Below, piece by piece: positions 59,162 to 64,000 of a stretch of 64,000 nucleotides of DNA. The position numbers were made by a program, and so were the translations under genes. Every line of letters begins with the position of its first letter. The stretch's first letter is position 1. Where the stretch lies: positions 352,001-416,000 of the forward strand of contig CAWECG010000004.1 in the NCBI GenBank assembly GCA_963807605.1. Direction: 5' to 3'. The notes beneath the pieces are model-generated. The model did not search any database, was not told the origin of the DNA, and saw only the letters and a program-made list of their open reading frames with translations. The DNA is from Candidatus Bathyarchaeota archaeon. Lineage in GTDB: Archaea; Thermoproteota; Bathyarchaeia; 40CM-2-53-6; RBG-13-38-9.

Positions 59162-59953
59162 CTACCTGAACAGATCAAACTCCTTTGGACGGATAATCTC
59201 CTTAACTGAGCCCTTTCCCTTTGTGTAGCGGTATCCTCGGATCAAAGCAACTGGCGTTTTGTCAGACTTCCTCATAACAAGCTCACCGGTTGAGGCGAGC
59301 TCATCGGCAACTGCCATCACCGTCAGCCGCAGGACGCGTCCATACATGTCTTTGCGGCCACGGTAATCCAGCAGAGGTTTCATTCCCGAGATACCTATTG
59401 CCAAATTTGTCTGGCCAAGCCTCCATGGTCTCCCGAAGGTGTCTGAGATTATCACGGCGACATCTGCGCCCGTAAGATGCTTTATTCTTCTTCTGAGGAC
59501 TCTGGCTGAAGCGTCAGAATCTCTCGGTAAGGTAGAGATGTACTTTGTGCCCTCAATATTCGATTTGTCAACGCCCGCATTGGCACACACGAAACCATGA
59601 TATGTCTCGGTAATCAGGTGGTGTCCCCGCATCTTGACTATCTCTTTCGTCTCATCGAGGATCACCTCAACATGGCGTGGATCCTTCCTAGCGTCTCTAG
59701 CTATCTTCTTGGCAAAAGGGGATGGAGTGATCTCACGTAGATCGATAATTTTGCCTTCAGATTTTGAGACTATCTTTTGGGCAACCACAATTACGTCACC
59801 ACCTTCAAGAGAAAGATCCTGATTACCAGCGGTCTCAGCTATGATCTTACCTAGGTCGTCTCCCTCCTTGATGGAAGGAATCCCTTGCAACCCAAAGACA
59901 CTAAACCCTGACGCCCTGTAGAGCTTCATGGGATTCTTGAGCTTTGTATTCAT
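59162..59953 (-). CDS. cofE: Coenzyme F420-0:gamma-glutamyl ligase
   Basis: QKIVSKSEG, ANAGVDKSN, DTFGRPWR.G, ADELA, DLFR. Confidence 0.95.
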   Translation of the reverse strand: MNTKLKNPMKLYRASGFSVFGLQGIPSIKEGDDLGKIIAETAGNQDLSLEGGDVIVVAQKIVSKSEGKIIDLREITPSPFAKKIARDARKDPRHVEVILDETKEIVKMRGHHLITETYHGFVCANAGVDKSNIEGTKYISTLPRDSDASARVLRRRIKHLTGADVAVIISDTFGRPWRLGQTNLAIGISGMKPLLDYRGRKDMYGRVLRLTVMAVADELASTGELVMRKSDKTPVALIRGYRYTKGKGSVKEIIRPKEFDLFR

Positions 59954-60152
59954 CGATAAACATCCCGGAATTCATCAATAATGCAACGAGACATTTGCAG
60001 AAATAGGTTATGGAATGACAGAAGTCCAATCTAACTGGGGAATGTGATGAAGAAGACAATTAATTCCTAGAAGACGAGATGCTTGAACCTGTCTTAACCC
60101 AAAAAATCGACCTCGCACGATCCCTGGTTGCCTCTCCGGACTCGCCCGCACT

Positions 60153-61712
60153 TTACTCGATAGAGTTTCCAGGATTGGAGGTTAAACCAATTATCCTGTA
60201 GACCTGTGCAATGTCCAGACTCTTGCTTACTATGTCGGCGATCAGGTCAACGCCAGATGCCCAGTCATCCTGTATGGTTCTAGAAGGAGTAATTGTAGGG
60301 GAAAATCCCTTCTTGTTGGCAAGATATTTCAGAAGAGCCTCGCGAAAGGATCCGTCAAAGAGCCCATGCAAGTAAGTGCCGAGAACCAGCCCGGAACTGT
60401 CCGTTGCGCCATCAATGAGTTCTTGTCCCGTCCCAACAACTTGGATTTTGAACGCGGGGCTAGCAGACGGTCCAAGAACCGTATTGCCCATATGTATCTC
60501 ATAACCGATCACACCTGAATTGCCTACCTCATCGAGAAGTGGCCCTCGACCTATTGTCGTTGCCGAAACCTTTCTGGTAGTCTTTGCATACTGCTCAAAT
60601 TCCGTGGAAACATCCAAGAGACGTAACCCATCAACAGTTGCTGGAAGACCGTCCTCGACACCCATTCGATCAACAATTCTCTTTCCTAGCATCTGATACC
60701 CCCCACAGATACCGATCACTGGAACGGCAAGCCCAGAGATCTTTAAAATCTCAGAGGCCAAACCATTTTTCATCAGCCATTTGAGATCGCTTAACGTATT
60801 CTTCGTTCCGGGAATGATTAATGCGTCTGGGGCGCCCAGTTCCTCCACGGCGGATACATATCTCAATTTGACCTCCGCGATTGCACACAATGGATCGAAG
60901 TCCGTGAAGTTGGCGATGTGAGGCAACCTGATCACGGCAATGTCGTATCTGGCTGCTCTTCGCGGCTGATAGCTTTCAAAGAAGAGTGAATCTTCCTGTG
61001 GCAGAGCGAGATCGGGAATGTAAGGTATGATGCCCAGGACTTTCTTGGCGGTTTTCTTCTGGAGCAATCTGATTCCTGGCTCTAGAATTTCAGAGTCGCC
61101 GCGTAACTTATTAATAACGAGACCTTTGACCAGTGCTCTTTCTTTTTTGCTCAGAAGGTCAATTGTACCAAGAAGGGTCGCAAAGACCCCGCCCCGATCG
61201 ATGTCTGCGACCAGGATTACTGGTGCGTCCACCATCTTGGCGATGGTCATGTTTGCGATATCATTTGGAAGGTTAATCTCAACTGGGCTTCCAGCGCCCT
61301 CGATGACCACCATGTCGAATCTTGATGAGAGACGACGGTATGACTCTCGTATAGCCTCTAGACCCTTGTTAGGCGCGAATTGTGTCACGTAATCTTTGTA
61401 GTTTAGGTCAAGTGACGGCTTTCCGTGAACAATTACTTGACAAGTCCTAGAGTCCTTCGGCTTCAAAAGGATCGGATTCATGTCAGCGGTGGGTTCAATT
61501 CCGGCGGCTAACGCTTGTAGCGCCTGAGCTCTAGAAATCTCTGCGCCGTCATTCGTCACATAGGAATTCAGGGACATGTTTTGAGCTTTGAAGGGTGAAA
61601 CCCTGTAACCTCTTCTCGCAAGGAGTCTACACAAAGCAGCAACAAGAAGAGTCTTTCCGCTATGGGAGGAGGTGCCCTGCACCATCAAGTTCCTGCATTT
61701 TTTCAAACCCAA
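60153..61712 (-). CDS. cobQ: Cobyric acid synthase
   Basis: GTSS..GK, PFKAQNM, EGAGSP.EINL, GICGGYQMLG, GYEIH, GTYLHG. Confidence 0.96.
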   Translation of the reverse strand: MGLKKCRNLMVQGTSSHSGKTLLVAALCRLLARRGYRVSPFKAQNMSLNSYVTNDGAEISRAQALQALAAGIEPTADMNPILLKPKDSRTCQVIVHGKPSLDLNYKDYVTQFAPNKGLEAIRESYRRLSSRFDMVVIEGAGSPVEINLPNDIANMTIAKMVDAPVILVADIDRGGVFATLLGTIDLLSKKERALVKGLVINKLRGDSEILEPGIRLLQKKTAKKVLGIIPYIPDLALPQEDSLFFESYQPRRAARYDIAVIRLPHIANFTDFDPLCAIAEVKLRYVSAVEELGAPDALIIPGTKNTLSDLKWLMKNGLASEILKISGLAVPVIGICGGYQMLGKRIVDRMGVEDGLPATVDGLRLLDVSTEFEQYAKTTRKVSATTIGRGPLLDEVGNSGVIGYEIHMGNTVLGPSASPAFKIQVVGTGQELIDGATDSSGLVLGTYLHGLFDGSFREALLKYLANKKGFSPTITPSRTIQDDWASGVDLIADIVSKSLDIAQVYRIIGLTSNPGNSIE

Positions 61713-61914
61713 CTATTATCCCTCTAGACATGTATGATTCGGTTTAGATGAGATTCTCAACGAATTCTAAGCAAGCGCGCGCGTATCCGCCGCAATTATT
61801 ACATGCCACGCTTCTGAAGCAGTTCTGCTTTTTGGTGAACACTGCTTTCGGCTAGCGGGCGCACTTGACAATCTAGACGATCGAACATAGGATAGGCTTC
61901 TGACAACAACGCAG

Positions 61915-64000
61915 TTATTGAAAGAAAGTCTCAAGTTTTGTTGTCCCTATGAGTTCAGCGAAGCTTAGTCCAAGAGCATCCAAGACCTGCTCAAATGTCG
62001 AGTCAATGTATTCTACATATTTTGTTACATCGATCTCACTGAGGTTTGCCAGCTGGACCGGCTTAACGCTTGGTTCCCCAACGACTTTGACATATGACAC
62101 TAGATCTCCACTCCTGATCTCTTGGCCGTTTCTGACAAGGAGCATAGCTGCCTTTACGTGCTGAGGGGTAGTCTTGACGTATGATGTTGGAGGCTTACCC
62201 ATCATCACGTTGAAAGCCAGGTCGTCAAGAGAGTATTCTCTATTCTTGAGTCTTGCGTAACAGCTTTTCACAATCTTTTTGATTGTCAATCTTGCTTGTT
62301 CAAAATCTTCCCCAAATCCGACGCGACTAAGGGTTTCTATCATCTCATAGAAGGAAATCTTCAGAAAGTTTGGTACATGTCTTTTCTTTCCCGTCAAGCC
62401 TTTGATGTCCACGTTTCCGTCTGGATAGACCCCCAGATAGTTCTTCTTGCGGAGGCTCAATGCTACGTATCGATAGTTCTTGTCAACTTCAAGTTCTAGG
62501 CCAACTTCTGCCCTCGACCACTCCATCAGCTTTTCAAGGAGCTCCGGCTTTGAACCCTCAAGGAAGATAGAGTCTGTATCGCCATAGAAGACCTCGATTC
62601 CAAGCTCTTTGGCTTTCTCCACGGTGTTGGTAATCACGAATCTGCCTATAGCGGCCGTCGCCTCGGCCACAGGGGGGCAGTAAAGGGGAAAACTCTCGGA
62701 GCCGAAGACGCCGTAGCTTGCGTTGAGAATGACCTTAAGGGCGTCTGATACAACCTTGTACCATGCTCTCAGTGAAGGGGACAGACCTGGGCCCTTCGAT
62801 TGTGGCTTGTACCAGTTGACTCTTAGATCCCTCAGGGATCCTATAAGAAGACTTTCGAGAGCGATCTTCTTCTTACAGATCCAGTGTGTGGTCCCGGGAA
62901 TCTTGCTTGAGCGACATTCTTCATCTGTGTGAGTGCAATTTATTGTTTCATAGCCCAAATTCCAGAGTTTAATTATTGACGGGTAAAGCGAGGCGAAATC
63001 CAGGACTGATACGTTGAAGTGAACTCCAGGAACTGGATTAACGACGATTGCGCCTTTGTATTTCTTGCCCTTGATAATCGCCTCGGTTACAGTGCCTCCT
63101 TTCTCACTTATGATCTCATCCGACCGAGGGATGAGGTATCCACGTTTTCGATGCTCTCTGTAGAGCATACTCTTGATCCACGCGGATACGCCCTGACGGG
63201 TTACATCTTCCACGCCCATATATGAGATTCTTGAAAGTACTATCATGAGCTTCATGAGTAGTTCGTCATCGAATTTTGTCAGGTTCTGTGTGATCTCGAC
63301 ATCCCGATAACAGTACGATGCGAGATCCGAGTACGAAAGTTGGGACACAGGACGTTCTAGAGGCTTCTTAGACATGTTCACTAGAGCTGAACCGATCTCG
63401 TCGAGCGTCTTCTCCCTGTATTTCTGGCCGAATGCGTATACTTGGATTGACCTGTTGAAGAAGAACCTGTAGAGGTCGATGTGAACGCCGGACTTGAGCG
63501 TTGCAGAATCACGACCCAACTCGATCGGGATCTCATCCCTCGTTAAGCCAAGTCTTTGAGCGCGGTTCCAAAGATATCTGAGGTCGAAGTCGTCTCCGTT
63601 GAACGTTATTGTAAACGGATAGCTAGAAAGAAGAGAAAAGACTGCTTTTAGCAGGTCTCTCTCATCTTCATAGAATTCGACTATGCTTTTTGATGGTATT
63701 TCCTCTTTGCCTTCTTCAACGCCGGCTCTTCTGAGCAGCATGAGTTTCTCCATGCCGTCTGAACCAATGCCACCTACACAGATCACTGGGTCTTCAGCGA
63801 CATGCGGGTCAGGCATTCTTGTTGCGATCTGAGAACACACCTCTATGTCCAATGCTAGGCGTTTGATTTTTGGGACAGGACGTTCGAGGAGCCCAATCCA
63901 TTCGTCCGACAAGAGCCTGTAATCTTCAGACTCAGCTTCCAGCACTTTCCCGAGACTGCCCAAAACTCTTGTTGAGACTTTACCGGCTGGCGTGAGCCTA
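61915..64000 (-). CDS. polB: Family B DNA polymerase (B1 type), 5' end outside the window
   Basis: DIEV, FNGDDFD, DFASLYPSII, K..LNASYGV, YGDTDS, KKNY, KG..GKK, PQHV. Confidence 0.96.
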   Translation of the reverse strand, partial: RLTPAGKVSTRVLGSLGKVLEAESEDYRLLSDEWIGLLERPVPKIKRLALDIEVCSQIATRMPDPHVAEDPVICVGGIGSDGMEKLMLLRRAGVEEGKEEIPSKSIVEFYEDERDLLKAVFSLLSSYPFTITFNGDDFDLRYLWNRAQRLGLTRDEIPIELGRDSATLKSGVHIDLYRFFFNRSIQVYAFGQKYREKTLDEIGSALVNMSKKPLERPVSQLSYSDLASYCYRDVEITQNLTKFDDELLMKLMIVLSRISYMGVEDVTRQGVSAWIKSMLYREHRKRGYLIPRSDEIISEKGGTVTEAIIKGKKYKGAIVVNPVPGVHFNVSVLDFASLYPSIIKLWNLGYETINCTHTDEECRSSKIPGTTHWICKKKIALESLLIGSLRDLRVNWYKPQSKGPGLSPSLRAWYKVVSDALKVILNASYGVFGSESFPLYCPPVAEATAAIGRFVITNTVEKAKELGIEVFYGDTDSIFLEGSKPELLEKLMEWSRAEVGLELEVDKNYRYVALSLRKKNYLGVYPDGNVDIKGLTGKKRHVPNFLKISFYEMIETLSRVGFGEDFEQARLTIKKIVKSCYARLKNREYSLDDLAFNVMMGKPPTSYVKTTPQHVKAAMLLVRNGQEIRSGDLVSYVKVVGEPSVKPVQLANLSEIDVTKYVEYIDSTFEQVLDALGLSFAELIGTTKLETFFQ

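Overview
Archaeal chromosomal segment, most consistent with Bathyarchaeia (TACK): eukaryote-like topoisomerase IB, S25e, PolB1-type polymerase and a Sulfolobus-type Zn ferredoxin occur together with a methanopterin-based C1 pathway. About 6-31.5 kb is a Wood-Ljungdahl/C1 supercluster: cooC, metF-metV, a Nox/CoADR-like gene, mch, fwdDBAC, mtd, ftr, a cofactor-tailoring block, a second cooC and cdhC-D-E. Further right lie fae-hps, a RACo-type corrinoid activator, cofE and cobQ. No mer, cdhA/B or mcr is present in the window. The rest is housekeeping (argS, two tRNAs, hsp20, thermosome, rpo6, lig, ogg1, pyrF, two ino1, polB) plus one complete IS5-family element with TIRs and an 8-bp target duplication. 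The best candidates for undescribed biology are inferences from motifs and gene order. (1) A divergent pair of a CitG-like triphosphoribosyltransferase and an orphan Pol-beta-type nucleotidyltransferase beside ftr and two glutamate ligases; its chemistry fits the poorly assigned last steps of methanopterin side-chain synthesis. (2) An inserted operon of a PPC/DUF296 protein, an active-site-altered split transketolase and an active-site-altered PanB. (3) MetVF as a probable Mer substitute. (4) A ParB-ASCH fusion. Single-base insertions in cdhD and lig are probably sequence errors. All calls come from motif recognition by eye; no searches were run.
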